In this document: one piece after another, positions 41,484-51,646 of the stretch
Layout: every line of letters begins with the position of its first letter
Position numbering within the stretch: position 1 is the first letter of the stretch
Assembly: GCA_965214705.1 (NCBI GenBank)
Contig: OZ243972.1
Coordinates: 1,216,001 to 1,280,000 of the forward strand
Source of the DNA: Alphaproteobacteria bacterium
GTDB lineage: Bacteria; Pseudomonadota; Alphaproteobacteria; UBA828
DNA length: 64,000 nt
Direction: 5' to 3'
The notes under the pieces: model-generated
What the model saw: the letters and a program-made list of their open reading frames with translations, nothing else
Database searches by the model: none
Told to the model about the DNA's origin: nothing
Program-made: the position numbers and the translations under genes

Positions 41484-43205
41484 TCAGACGCGCGGCTGCG
41501 ATCCCTCTTCGTCAACGACGAGGTCCGAGGTGATCCGGACGCCATAGTCCCTCCAGGCTCCTTCAGGAGAAACGTAACCCCGAAGCACGTCGCGCTGCAC
41601 CTCCTCGAACGGGCGCGCCTTGGGAGCGCCGTTGCCGCCGCCGCCGCCCGTCCAGGTCTCGACCACCGTGCCGGCGGCGACCGGCCGCGCCCGCATCTTG
41701 AGCGGCCCTTCGGCCGACCCGTCGGGGTGGGTGATCTCGACCTTCGGGCCCCGTGCGTCTTTGCCGCCGTTCAACCCCCAGGCTGGCGTCAGCGAGCGCT
41801 CGAACCAGAGAGCGCAGTAGCAGTCCTCCAGCGTCTTGTAGCGGCGCAGGACGCCGCAGCCGCCGCGGTGCCGGCCCGGCCCGCCGGAATCGGGGCGGAT
41901 GGCGAACTCCTCGAGGCGGACGGGGAACTTCGTCTCCATCACCTCGGCGGGGATGTTGCGGAAGCTGCCGTTCACCAGGTTGATCAGCGCGCTCTGGCCG
42001 TCGCCGTCGTTGCGGCCGCCCCAGCCGCCGGCGGTTGCCTCGATGGACATCCACTGGCCCCGCTTGCGGTCGACCGAGAAGAAGAGAGACACCATCGAAT
42101 CCCCGTAGTGGGCGGCGGTCGAGCGCTCGGGGATCGCTTCGGAGAGGCAGGAGATGAAGAGGTCCGCGAGCAAGCCCAAGCCGGTGAAGTACCACTCGCA
42201 GGCCGCAGGCTCCTTGGCGTTGAAGAGGCAATCGTCCGGGATGCGGACGGTCATCGTCTCGAACGAGCCGCCGGTGATCGCGCGCTCCGGGTTGATCATC
42301 GTCTTGTAGGCGAGGCGGAGGAGCGACACGGTCTGGCTCGCACCGCAGTTGACCGAGCCGGGGACGATGCCCGAGGAGCCTGCGAGGTCGACGATCAGCT
42401 CCTCACCCTCGACCGTGAGCGTGAGCGCGACCTTCACCGGGTCGTCGCCCGCGCCGTCGCTGTCCAGATAGCCTTCGCGGTACCAGGTGCCGTCCTTGAT
42501 CGCCGCGATCGCCTCGCGGTCCATGCGGCGGGCCTGCTCGAAGATGTTTTCGCAGGCGGCCCGGTAGGTTTCGATGCCGATGCGGTCGAGCAACTGGGAA
42601 AGCCTGCGCTCGCCGGTGCGAACGGCGGCGATCTGGGCGTCCAGGTCGCCGATGCTTGTGTCCGGCATGCGGGTGTTGAGCCGCAGCAGGTCGAACCATT
42701 CGCGGATGGGCTTGCCCTGCGCGACGATGCGGGTCGGCCCGAGACGCAGCCCCTCCTGGTAGATGTTCGTGGAGCCCATGACCGTGCCAGGGTCGATGGC
42801 GCCGATGTCGTTCCAGTGCGCGCGCGCGGCGCCAAAGCCGATCAGCTCGCCGCCGAAGAAGATGGGCCCGACCACCGACACGTCATGCAGGTGCGAGCCC
42901 TGCATGTAGCTGTCGTTCATGATGAAGACATCGCCTGGGGCGATGTCGTCGCCGTAATACTCCATCACGTGGTGGACGTTGGCGTCGATGGCGCCGATGA
43001 AGAGCGGCACGCCGCTGGACTGGCCCAGCATGTTGCCGTCCGCGTCCAGCAGCCCGACGGCGCTGTCCCGGCCTTCGTAGATCACCGCCGAGTGGGCGGA
43101 GCGCCAGAGCGAGGCATTCATGTCCTCCGCGCAAGAGACGACGAAGTTGCGCACGATCTCGGTCGTGACCGGGTCTGCGATGTTGCGCAGCATCGGGTCG
43201 TTCAT
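41484..43205 (-). CDS. Hydantoinase B / oxoprolinase family protein
   Basis: [52 protein letters not shown]. Confidence 0.92.
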   Translation of the reverse strand: MNDPMLRNIADPVTTEIVRNFVVSCAEDMNASLWRSAHSAVIYEGRDSAVGLLDADGNMLGQSSGVPLFIGAIDANVHHVMEYYGDDIAPGDVFIMNDSYMQGSHLHDVSVVGPIFFGGELIGFGAARAHWNDIGAIDPGTVMGSTNIYQEGLRLGPTRIVAQGKPIREWFDLLRLNTRMPDTSIGDLDAQIAAVRTGERRLSQLLDRIGIETYRAACENIFEQARRMDREAIAAIKDGTWYREGYLDSDGAGDDPVKVALTLTVEGEELIVDLAGSSGIVPGSVNCGASQTVSLLRLAYKTMINPERAITGGSFETMTVRIPDDCLFNAKEPAACEWYFTGLGLLADLFISCLSEAIPERSTAAHYGDSMVSLFFSVDRKRGQWMSIEATAGGWGGRNDGDGQSALINLVNGSFRNIPAEVMETKFPVRLEEFAIRPDSGGPGRHRGGCGVLRRYKTLEDCYCALWFERSLTPAWGLNGGKDARGPKVEITHPDGSAEGPLKMRARPVAAGTVVETWTGGGGGNGAPKARPFEEVQRDVLRGYVSPEGAWRDYGVRITSDLVVDEEGSQPRV

Positions 43206-43582
43206 GATCCCGCCTCCTTCGTCATGGAGAGGTGGCCGCCCTCGATCACCGTGGCGTTCCAGCCCGGCGGCACCAGCGTCGTCGCCGTCGACTCCTCGAT
43301 GATCGCGGGGCCCGGCACGGCATCGCCGATTTCGAGCCCATTGCGGTCGAGCACCGGCGTCTTCAGCGGCCGGCCGGCGAAGATGACATCCCGCTCGCGC
43401 GTGGGCCGCGCGACCTCGCGCGCGGGCGGCGCGGAAGCCGGTCGCGCCAGCCGGCCGAGCGCGGCCAGGCGGATATTCGCCATCTCGACGCGGTTCTCCG
43501 GGCTGGAATGGCCGTACTGGCGGTCGTATGCCGCATCGAAGCTCTTGCGCACGGCATCCATGTCGATGGTCCCGTTCGGCAC

Positions 43583-45930
43583 CTCTCAACTACCCACTGT
43601 TGAGTCAGTTCCATGTTTGATCATGTCCAGGTCCTTCAAGGCACGGTAGGTGAGGGTGGCGTGTCGCAGGTAGACGTAGCCCTTCCAGAGCAGTTGGGTT
43701 CCCGGCAGGGGCTGCCGTTTTCGTGGATCGAAGCCGGCGAACCTGGCGACATCGATGACGAAGGTGCGGATGTCCGGGGGCTTGTCGGGCGGCGGACGGG
43801 CGCGAACCATGCCGTAGGCCATCAGCCTGATGTAGAGGATGGCGATTTCGTCGTCCGAGACGACGTGGTTGGCCGGGGTGTCCGGCTTGTCGCGCGCGAT
43901 GCGTTCGAGATCGAAGACGTGGCAGGCGGTGATGGCATCGAAGGCGACACACTTTCGCAGGTCGTCGGCGTGGTCGAGCTTTCGGTCCTCGACGCGGGTG
44001 CCGGTCTTCAGAACCTTGAAGTACTCCTCGATGGTCCATCGGCGCTCGTACCAGGTGACGACGGTCTGGGCGGTCTCGGCGTCGGCGCTGCCCTCGGTGC
44101 TCAGCAGCAGCCAGTTGAGCGGGTCCTTGCCGGCGGGCGGGTCGGGTTCGGTCGCGGACACGACGAGCATGTCGACCGGCTCCCGGCTCTCGGCGTCGCG
44201 CGGTGGCGCCAGACTGACCCTGGCGGCGCGCAGCTCCAGCGTTGCCGTGCGCCTGGACCGCGCCCGCTTGCCGCCGCAGGCGCCGATCTCCACGGTCTTG
44301 CCGGCAAGGCGCGGGAGAGCGGCGACATGCTCCCACACGCTCTCCTCCTCGCCGCTCTCAAGGATCACCCGCCGCTGTGCCGACCGGCGCGCGCGCACCA
44401 GCAGCGCCGCGCCTTGCGATGCGGCCCTGGTGAGCAACGCCCAGATGTCGCCCTCCCGGTCGCAGACCGTGACCACCCGCGTCGCAGGGCAGGCGCGGGC
44501 CAACTCCTGCGCCCGCTCGTGCCCGCGCAGCCAGCGTTCACTCTCGATTTCCCTGTCGTCGCCGTCGCGGAAGCTCGCATCAAGGGCGAACACGCCGAGC
44601 GGCCGCCCGGCCGCGTTGAGCGCCAGACCCACATGCGCCACCAGTCCGCACGTGCCCTTGCCGCCGCCGCCCACCCCGACGAGGCCTTCGGTCGCTTTGA
44701 GCCCGTCGTAGTTCAGCGTGGTGGTGTCCTGGATCGCGAGAACGATGTCCTCAAGCTGGCAGCGCTCCACCATCGTTGCCCGGTGCGGCTCCAGGATGTG
44801 CTCCATGCTCACCTTCCCGCTCGACAGCAGCCGGTAGGCCGCCTTGCGCTCCGGCCGGGCCGGAAAGATCGCCGGGATCGCGGCCCCCGGGCGCTCCAGC
44901 CACGCCCGTCCCATGCGCTCGATCCGATCGCGGACCCGGCCGTCAGGATGCGTGCTGCGCGCATATTCCCGCCCCGCCCAGTCCGTGTCCTCGTCCATGT
45001 GCAACGCCGGCGCCGCACGGATGTCCCGGGCCGGCTCGGCGCACAAGATGGCCTGCCAATCCGCCGCCAGCGGCTTCATCCACACCGTCCGCGCCGCCCC
45101 GGCGGCGGACCCCGGCGGCTGGCCCGAGGTGTGCTGGGAACAGCACCGCCAGCCCGCCGCCCGGTAGCAGGTGCCGGCATGCTCGGGGCCGACATAGCTG
45201 TAGGCCAGGACCGGCCGCGCCCTGTAGGCCGTCTCCCAGTCCGCCGCCACGCGCCCGGCCGCCAGCTCCAGCACCCGCGAGGCCAGACCGTGGACGCGCA
45301 CGCCGGGCAGAAGCAGGAAGCGATGGTTGTTGATCAGGAGCGGCAGGTTCAAAGCCCGCGCGTCCGCCGACCAGCCGATAAAGTCGTCGCGCGCCTTCTG
45401 GTGCCAGCTCGCGGCGCAAAACCCGATGCCGCCGAGGCGGCCGTGAAGCGAGGAACGCACCCAGTAGCGCAGCTGCCCGCCCGGAGCCCGCGCCCAGCCT
45501 TGCGGGTGGTGCGTCGCAATCATCGCTTGCCACAGTTGCCGCTCGGCATCGCCGTCGACCGGCTCCAGTGTCACCGAGCCCAGATCCGCAAGCCGGCAGC
45601 GAAGCGAAAGGTCGGGGTAGGCTTCGATGGGCGCACTCTCGCGACGCCCCCGGCCGAACGCCGCCCGCGCCGCCGGCAGCGCGAGCCCGAGCTTGTCCGC
45701 CAGAACCGGCAGAGCCTTGCGCGCGGACGCAAGACAGTGCTCGCCCCGATCGCCGGTCCAGTCCTCAAGCGCGCAGAGATCGCGGGCAAGAGAACTGCGA
45801 GTGCGGCCCTCCTCCAGGACCGCCTTGCTCAACCACTCGATCGTGTCGGCGTGAAACTGGTGAAGGCCAACTTGCATGGCACGACATGTAGCCCACACCA
45901 CTCATTGAGTCAACTGTGGACCGGTGTGAG
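43583..45930 (-). mobile_element. IS4-family (IS50/Tn5-like) insertion sequence (2348 bp) with DUF4338-fused transposase
   Basis: Imperfect 25-bp TIRs CTCTCAACTACCCACTGTTGAGTCA / CTCACACCGGTCCACAGTTGACTCA (18/25 match). 9-bp TSD GTTCGGCAC at 43574-43582 and 45931-45939. Confidence 0.94.
43586..45877 (-). CDS. DUF4338(DruA-like)-IS4/Tn5-type DDE transposase
   Basis: N-terminal GGQLRYW, KARDDFIGW, INNHRFLLLP, GTCYRAAGW. Then Tn5-like KAAYRLL, IQDTT.LNY, VCDREGDIW, YERRWTIEEYFKVLK (YREK) and a C-terminal AGF...PG...LWKG. Confidence 0.92.
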   Translation of the reverse strand: MQVGLHQFHADTIEWLSKAVLEEGRTRSSLARDLCALEDWTGDRGEHCLASARKALPVLADKLGLALPAARAAFGRGRRESAPIEAYPDLSLRCRLADLGSVTLEPVDGDAERQLWQAMIATHHPQGWARAPGGQLRYWVRSSLHGRLGGIGFCAASWHQKARDDFIGWSADARALNLPLLINNHRFLLLPGVRVHGLASRVLELAAGRVAADWETAYRARPVLAYSYVGPEHAGTCYRAAGWRCCSQHTSGQPPGSAAGAARTVWMKPLAADWQAILCAEPARDIRAAPALHMDEDTDWAGREYARSTHPDGRVRDRIERMGRAWLERPGAAIPAIFPARPERKAAYRLLSSGKVSMEHILEPHRATMVERCQLEDIVLAIQDTTTLNYDGLKATEGLVGVGGGGKGTCGLVAHVGLALNAAGRPLGVFALDASFRDGDDREIESERWLRGHERAQELARACPATRVVTVCDREGDIWALLTRAASQGAALLVRARRSAQRRVILESGEEESVWEHVAALPRLAGKTVEIGACGGKRARSRRTATLELRAARVSLAPPRDAESREPVDMLVVSATEPDPPAGKDPLNWLLLSTEGSADAETAQTVVTWYERRWTIEEYFKVLKTGTRVEDRKLDHADDLRKCVAFDAITACHVFDLERIARDKPDTPANHVVSDDEIAILYIRLMAYGMVRARPPPDKPPDIRTFVIDVARFAGFDPRKRQPLPGTQLLWKGYVYLRHATLTYRALKDLDMIKHGTDSTVGS

Positions 45931-47611
45931 GTTCGGCACCGGGATGGTGAGGACATATTCCTGCCCGTAGTAGCGGAAGTCGATGGCCCGCTCGAAGGCG
46001 ATGGCGTCCTCGGCGATGCCCTCGGCCAGCAGGTGCTGGCGGCCGTTCTCCTCGAGCCCCGCGAACGCGGCTTCGAGGACCGCGAGGTCCATGAGGTCCC
46101 AGAAGGAGTAGAGCGTTTCCTTGTAGTCGCGCCGTACGTCCGTTTGCAGCATGCCCCAGGCGGAGAACGCGCCGGGGTGCACCGGCACGATCACCTCGCG
46201 GATTTGCAACTCCTCGGCGAGCGCGCCCGCCTGTGCCGGCCCGGCTCCGCCGAAGGCCACGAGGGAGAAGTCCCGCGGATCGATGCCGCGCTGCACCGTG
46301 ATCGTCCTGATCGCATCCGCCATCTTGGCGTTCACGACATCCACGACCCCTTGCGCCATGGCCTCGGTCGTGAGCCCGAACGTCTCGCCGACCGTCGTGA
46401 GCGCCGCGCCCGCCGCGTCGCGATCCAGCGCCATTGCACCGCCGGAGAAGTTGGCGCCGTCAAGCCGGCCGAGCACGAGGTTGGCGTCGGAGACCGTGGG
46501 CTCGGTCCCGCCCAGCCCGTAGCAGGCCGGCCCCGGCATCGAGCCGGCGGATTGGGGGCCGACACGCATGGCGCCCGCCTCCTCCCACGCGATGGAGCCG
46601 CCGCCGGCGCCGATGACGTGGATATCCACCACCGACATCTGGACCGGCAGCCCCTCCAGCTTGGCATGGTTGGAGCCGGACGGCAGCCCGTCGATGATCA
46701 GGCTGGCGTCGAAGGAGGTCCCGCCCATGTCGATGCAGATGAGATTGGGCCGGCCGGTCGCGGCGGAGAGCGCCCTGCCGCCGATGGCGCCGCCGACCGG
46801 GCCGGAGAGCAGCGTCTGCAGCGGGGTCTCGCTGGCGGATTCCGCGGTCATCACGCCGCCGTTTGACTGCATGACGTGCAGGCCCCGGCCTTCCGGCAGG
46901 CGATCGCCGAGGCCGCCGATCAGTGTCTCCAGGTATCCCCGCACCACCGGCGCGAGGTAGCTGTCCATCACCGCGGTCGAGGTCCGCTCGAACTCCCGCC
47001 ACTCGGGCGAGACCCGGTGCGAGAGCCCGATGGGGATGTCGGGCAGGCGGGCGCGCAGGTACTCGGCCGCCTCCAGCTCGTGCGCGGGGTTCTTGAAGGA
47101 GAAGAGGAAGGCGATGGCGATCGCCTCGAAACCCTCCTCCCTCACCGCAGCGACGAGGCGGTCGAGATCGCTCGTCTCAAGAGGCGTCACGGCCTCGCCG
47201 GTGGCCGCCATCCGCTCCCGCGCCGTGAACGTGTACTCCAGCGGCGTGAGCGGCTCGGGCTTGTTCCAGCGGATCGAGAAGATCTCGCCGCGGTCGTTGC
47301 CCTGGATCGTGTAGATGTCGCGGAAATTCTCGGTGGTGAGCAGCGCCACCTTGGCGCCCCGCCGGGTGAGCAGCGCGTTCAGCCCCACCGTCGTGCCGTG
47401 GACGAAGAAGTCGATTGCGGCTTCGGTCGGGATCGCCGCCTCGATACCCCGGAGCACCGCAAGCGCCGGGTCGTCCGGCGTCGAGAGAACTTTGGCAGCA
47501 CCGCAGGCGCCGGTCTCGCAATCCTGATAGACGATATCCGTGAACGTGCCGCCGATATCGGCGGACACCCGGTAGTGTCGGGTCAAATCACCACCTCCCG
47601 GCGCAAAGGCG

Positions 47612-47637
47612 CCGCCGGGGCCCGAAGGCCCCGGCGG
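47612..47637 (-). terminator. 11-bp GC hairpin with C(UUCG)G loop after the SBP gene (mRNA stabiliser/attenuator)
   Basis: CCGCCGGGGCC-CGAA-GGCCCCGGCGG; no clear U-tract. Confidence 0.55.
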
Positions 47638-47647
47638 GTAACGTTGG

Positions 47648-48646
47648 TTACTGCTCCCACTCGCCCCTGAAGTCGGGGTTGGCGTCGAGAATGGCCTTGT
47701 CGATCATGGCCTGGAGCGGACCCGAGACGTCCATGTTGATGGCGTTGTCCACGGGCTTGCCCTCGATGGCGTTGGCGATCTGCTCCATGGCGAGCGCGCC
47801 CATGGTCTTGGGGAAGTAGGCGAGGGTTGCATCCCAGCGCCCTTCACGGATCGCCTCGATCGAGATCGCCGCGGCGCCGCCGCCGATGAGGTAGAGGTCG
47901 GCCACGTTGTAGCCCTCGGCCTCCAGCGCGATCTCAGCACCCACCAGGTGCTGGTCGGCGTTCGACAGCACCACGTGCACGTCCCGCGCCGCCTGCAGCA
48001 TGTCCTGCATCGCCTTCAGCGAGGTATCCGGCGAATACCAGCCCTCGCCGACCCCCACCACCTTGATGTTGGGGTACTGGGCCAGAACCTTCTCGAAGGT
48101 CTCAAGCCGCAGATTGTCGAAAGGGAAGGTCTTGAAGCCGATGATGATGATGACGTTGCAGGGGTCCTTGTCAGCGCAATACGCCGCGGCGGCCTCGGCC
48201 TGCCAGGTGGCGCCGTCGACGGGCGGCGATGCGACGGTCGACGTGATGCCGGGCACCTGCGGCTCCAGAGTGGTGAGGTCCGGCCCGATGGGGAAGAGCA
48301 CGGTCGCGATCGGCACACCGGCCTCGATCACCTGCTCGAACGCGCCGGAGATGCCGACGGGGTCGTTGGGCGCCACGATCATGCCCTCGAAGCGGCCGCT
48401 GGCGAGCACGTCCTCGATCTGGCTGTACTGGTGGATGGCGTCGAACTTGCCGTCATAGATCTCGGCCTCGTAACCGAGCTTGATGGCCATTTCCTCGACA
48501 CCTTCGTACGTCGCCTGGTTGAAGCCGTTCTGCGAAGAGGCGGCGAAGAAGGCGACCTTCTTCGATTGCGCCATTGCCGGCGCGGCCAGCGCAACGGCGG
48601 AGGCGAGGGCGACGGCCCCAAGCAGCAGCGTGATGGATCGCGTCAT
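47648..48646 (-). CDS. ABC transporter substrate-binding protein (RbsB-like fold)
   Basis: Signal peptide ending APAMA; Q..QIEDV..G, D....GA..AL, I.AIREG. SD AAGGGAGA. Confidence 0.9.
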   Translation of the reverse strand: MTRSITLLLGAVALASAVALAAPAMAQSKKVAFFAASSQNGFNQATYEGVEEMAIKLGYEAEIYDGKFDAIHQYSQIEDVLASGRFEGMIVAPNDPVGISGAFEQVIEAGVPIATVLFPIGPDLTTLEPQVPGITSTVASPPVDGATWQAEAAAAYCADKDPCNVIIIIGFKTFPFDNLRLETFEKVLAQYPNIKVVGVGEGWYSPDTSLKAMQDMLQAARDVHVVLSNADQHLVGAEIALEAEGYNVADLYLIGGGAAAISIEAIREGRWDATLAYFPKTMGALAMEQIANAIEGKPVDNAINMDVSGPLQAMIDKAILDANPDFRGEWEQ

Positions 48647-48706
48647 GTCGATGTCTCCCTTCTGCGTCTTGACCCACACGTAGTTTATCACCTTGACTCA
48701 CCCGTA

Positions 48707-48732
48707 GCATATTATTATGCAAACATAATGCA
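48707..48732. promoter_or_regulatory. Overlapping inverted repeats, candidate GntR operator in a divergent promoter
   Basis: GCATA-TTAT-TATGC and TTATG-CAAA-CATAA in an AT-rich patch. Confidence 0.55.
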
Positions 48733-48773
48733 ATCGTTCAAGGCGAGAATTTTGGCAGTCTGAGCCACGGCGC

Positions 48774-49505
48774 ATGGCAGCGGAGATCAAGGTACGCCCC
48801 CGAAAGCGCGGGCGCCGCGGCGCTCTGCAGGTGTACGACGTGCTGCGCGAGGAGATCCTCTGGGTGCGCATCGCGCCGGGCTCCGCTCTGGACGAGACCG
48901 CCCTTGCCGCCCGCTTCGAGGTCTCGCGCACACCCATCCGGGAGGCCCTGCTCCTGCTCGCGGGCGAACGGCTGGTCCAATTCCTGCCGAACCGGACCAG
49001 CATCGTGGCGCACTTCTCGCTCGACAACACCGGCGACTATCTGGATACCGCGCTGATCATCTCCCGGGCCATGGCGCGGGCGGCGGCGCTCTCCGGCCGG
49101 GCCGAGGCGGCGCCGTTGAACGATCACGTGCACCGCTTCGTCCAGGCTGTGGAGGACGATGACTGGGAGGCGTCGCTCAAGAGCGAGTTGGCGGCGCTTC
49201 GACATCTGGCAGGGCTTTCCCGCAATATCTTCCTGATCAAGTTCTTCGATGAGGTGATCGATGCCGGCATGCGCATGCGGGTTCTCCACTACTATCCCAA
49301 CGCGACTGCAGAGGAGCGCCGCGCCTCGGTCGGTCGCATGAAGGCGCTGGTCGGGGCGGTGCTCGCCGGGGACGCTGCCGCGGGCGACCGCGCGATCGAG
49401 CGCATGATTCTGGCGGACTTGGCGATCATCGTCCGCTCGCTAGAGCCCCGCTTCGGCGGGGAGATGCGGCTGGAGCGCTTCGGCCAGGGGCTCAGCGCGC
49501 TATGA
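48774..49505 (+). CDS. GntR family (FCD) transcriptional regulator
   Basis: LREEIL...IAPGS.LDE..LAARFEVSRTPIREAL. Confidence 0.92.
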   Translation: MAAEIKVRPRKRGRRGALQVYDVLREEILWVRIAPGSALDETALAARFEVSRTPIREALLLLAGERLVQFLPNRTSIVAHFSLDNTGDYLDTALIISRAMARAAALSGRAEAAPLNDHVHRFVQAVEDDDWEASLKSELAALRHLAGLSRNIFLIKFFDEVIDAGMRMRVLHYYPNATAEERRASVGRMKALVGAVLAGDAAAGDRAIERMILADLAIIVRSLEPRFGGEMRLERFGQGLSAL

Positions 49506-50602
49506 CGGGCCATGACCTGCGCCGCGACCGCGCAGCCGCGCTGATTCGGGGTGCGGGCCTGGATGCCGCCGCCTTCGTGCCGGGGCCGAGCTTTCAATAT
49601 CTCACTGGCCTCGACTTCCCGCTGATGGAGCGCCCGACGCTGCTCTTCGTTACCGGGAAGGCCCAGATGCTCGCCATCATGCCCGAGCTTGAGCGCCTCA
49701 AGTGGTCGACCACCTTCCCCGACGCCGAGACCTTCTACTGGCAGGACAGCGACGGCTTCGAGCACGCCTTCGAGGCCGCGCTGCGCGCGTTGGGGGCTGC
49801 GGCCCTCGGCGTCGAAGGCGGGCGGATGCGCATGTTCGAGTACGATGCGCTGCGCCGGCATATGGGGAACGGCGAGGTGCGGAATGCCGACGCGGCCCTG
49901 CAGCCGCTCCGCATCGCCAAGGACGAGGACGAGATCGCGAGCCTCTCCCGCGCCATCGAGATCAGTCAGCTGGCGCTGGGCGAGACCCTGGACGAGGTCC
50001 GGGCCGGCGATACCGAGCGGGCCATTGCGGCGTTGTTGAAAACCCGGATGCTGGCGCATGGCTCGGACGGGTTCGGCTTCGAGCCCATCGTGCTCGCGGG
50101 CGCCAAGGCGGCAAACCCGCACGGCACGCCGGACGATGCGCTGCTCAGGCCCGGCGACGCGCTGCTGATCGATTTCGGCGCGAAGATCGACGGGTTCAGC
50201 GCCGACATCACGCGGACCTTCTTCTGCGAGCATGTGGACGACCGCCACGCGGAGATATACGAGACCGTGCGCGCGGCGAATGCATTGGGGCGCCGCATGG
50301 CCGGGCCCGGAGTCACGGCGCACGAGCTGGATACGGCGGTGACCGACGTGCTCCGCGCCTCGCCCTTCGCCGACATGATCGTGCACAAGACCGGCCACGG
50401 CCTCGGGCTCGACGTGCACGAGGCGCCGCAGGTCATGGTCGGCAACCACCGGACGCTGGAACCCGGCTTCGTCATCACCATCGAGCCCGGCCTCTACGGC
50501 GCAGGCGATGTCGGCATCCGGATCGAGGACGACGTGACCATCACCGAGGACGGCGCTCTCTCGCTCACCTCGTTCCCGCGCGAGCTTCGCCTGATCGGTT
50601 AG
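49502..50602 (+). CDS. Xaa-Pro dipeptidase/aminopeptidase (M24B)
   Basis: ANPHG, LIDFG...GFSADITRT, HKTGHGLGLDVHE, TIEPGLY, GIRIEDD. Confidence 0.93.
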   Translation: MTGHDLRRDRAAALIRGAGLDAAAFVPGPSFQYLTGLDFPLMERPTLLFVTGKAQMLAIMPELERLKWSTTFPDAETFYWQDSDGFEHAFEAALRALGAAALGVEGGRMRMFEYDALRRHMGNGEVRNADAALQPLRIAKDEDEIASLSRAIEISQLALGETLDEVRAGDTERAIAALLKTRMLAHGSDGFGFEPIVLAGAKAANPHGTPDDALLRPGDALLIDFGAKIDGFSADITRTFFCEHVDDRHAEIYETVRAANALGRRMAGPGVTAHELDTAVTDVLRASPFADMIVHKTGHGLGLDVHEAPQVMVGNHRTLEPGFVITIEPGLYGAGDVGIRIEDDVTITEDGALSLTSFPRELRLIG

Positions 50603-50648
50603 CTCGGCTCGACTGCCAGGGCCGGAGCGTCCCCGCGATTCCCCGGAC

Positions 50649-50696
50649 CATGGTGCGATGCAAGGCGCGCGGCGAGCGCGTCAGGATCGCACCATG
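50649..50696. repeat. Inverted repeat between convergent genes
   Basis: CATGGTGCGAT ... ATCGCACCATG (11 bp, 26-nt spacer). Confidence 0.45.
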
Positions 50697-50855
50697 CCAT
50701 GCGAGAGCGCGCCGCCCGTAGTCACCGCCGTCATCCTCGCCTGTCCCCATGGCTTCCCACCCATCTCGCCTAATCCCGGCGTGTCCCGCATGAAAATTGT
50801 TTGTCGGACGTGGGACGCGGAATCGGATCGCAAAGGCGGTGAGAGATGCAGACGA

Positions 50856-51623
50856 TCAGTCGTCGCTCTGCCGGCGCTTGAGCCTTTCGGCGCCGGCGCG
50901 GAGGCGGGCCTGCGCCTCGTCGCCGGACCAAATCTCGACCTGGCGGGCGATCCGGGTAGGCATCTGCTCCCGCAGGTCGGCGCAGAACTTGCCGAGCCGC
51001 ATGCGCTTGGATTCCACGAAGGCCTCCGGCGCGAGGTCGCGCAGGAACAGCAGGCGCTCCCACGCCATTCTCTCGATGTCTTCCTTGGGTCCGACGTCAT
51101 GAACGAGGCCCAGCGTGCGGCCCTCCTCGACGCGGACCAGCTTTCCGGTGTAGATCAAGTCAGAGGCGACGAAATCTCCGGCGACGAAGCGCAGGAGCTG
51201 GTCGCCGTAATAGGGGTTGGGCACGCCGAGCAGGATTTCGGGCTTGCCGATCAGCACCCGCCCGGTGGCGGCGTAGCGGTAATCGCAGGCCAGGTAGATG
51301 GCCATGCCGCCGCCGATGGCGTGGCCCTTGATGGCGCCAACGATGGGCAGCGGCGATTCCAGCATGGCGAGGATCAGTCCCGCCAGCGTCTCGAACATCT
51401 CCTTGATTTCGGCGCGCGAGCAGGCGAGCGCCCAGTCGAGGTCGACGCCGTTGCAGAAGAATTTTTGGCCGCCGCAGAGCATGGCGCCGCGGGCCTCACG
51501 GTCGGCGTCTTCGACCGCGTGCGCGAGGTCCTGGATGACCGCCGTGGTCAGCGCGTTGGCGGTGCCGTTTTTGAGGCGGATACGGAGGCAGTCGTCCTGG
51601 CGTTCGCAGAGAATGCTGGCCAT
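50856..51623 (-). CDS. Enoyl-CoA hydratase/isomerase family protein
   Basis: FFCNGVDL, AIKGHAIGGG, PE..LG. Confidence 0.88.
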   Translation of the reverse strand: MASILCERQDDCLRIRLKNGTANALTTAVIQDLAHAVEDADREARGAMLCGGQKFFCNGVDLDWALACSRAEIKEMFETLAGLILAMLESPLPIVGAIKGHAIGGGMAIYLACDYRYAATGRVLIGKPEILLGVPNPYYGDQLLRFVAGDFVASDLIYTGKLVRVEEGRTLGLVHDVGPKEDIERMAWERLLFLRDLAPEAFVESKRMRLGKFCADLREQMPTRIARQVEIWSGDEAQARLRAGAERLKRRQSDD

Positions 51624-51646
51624 GACCCTCTCCCTCGGTGTTCCGC

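Larger units (their letters stand above)
43202..47586 (-). pseudogene. Hydantoinase A / oxoprolinase ATPase subunit interrupted by an IS4-family element
   Basis: DIGGTFTD, HGTTVGLN, SGPVGG, DMGGTSFD, GAGGGS, AFGGAG, RYYGQ. C-terminal piece 43202-43582 (YGH, GPAIIEE.TATT.VPPGW). Reconstructed junction LTIPVPNGTIDM is in frame. Confidence 0.94.
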
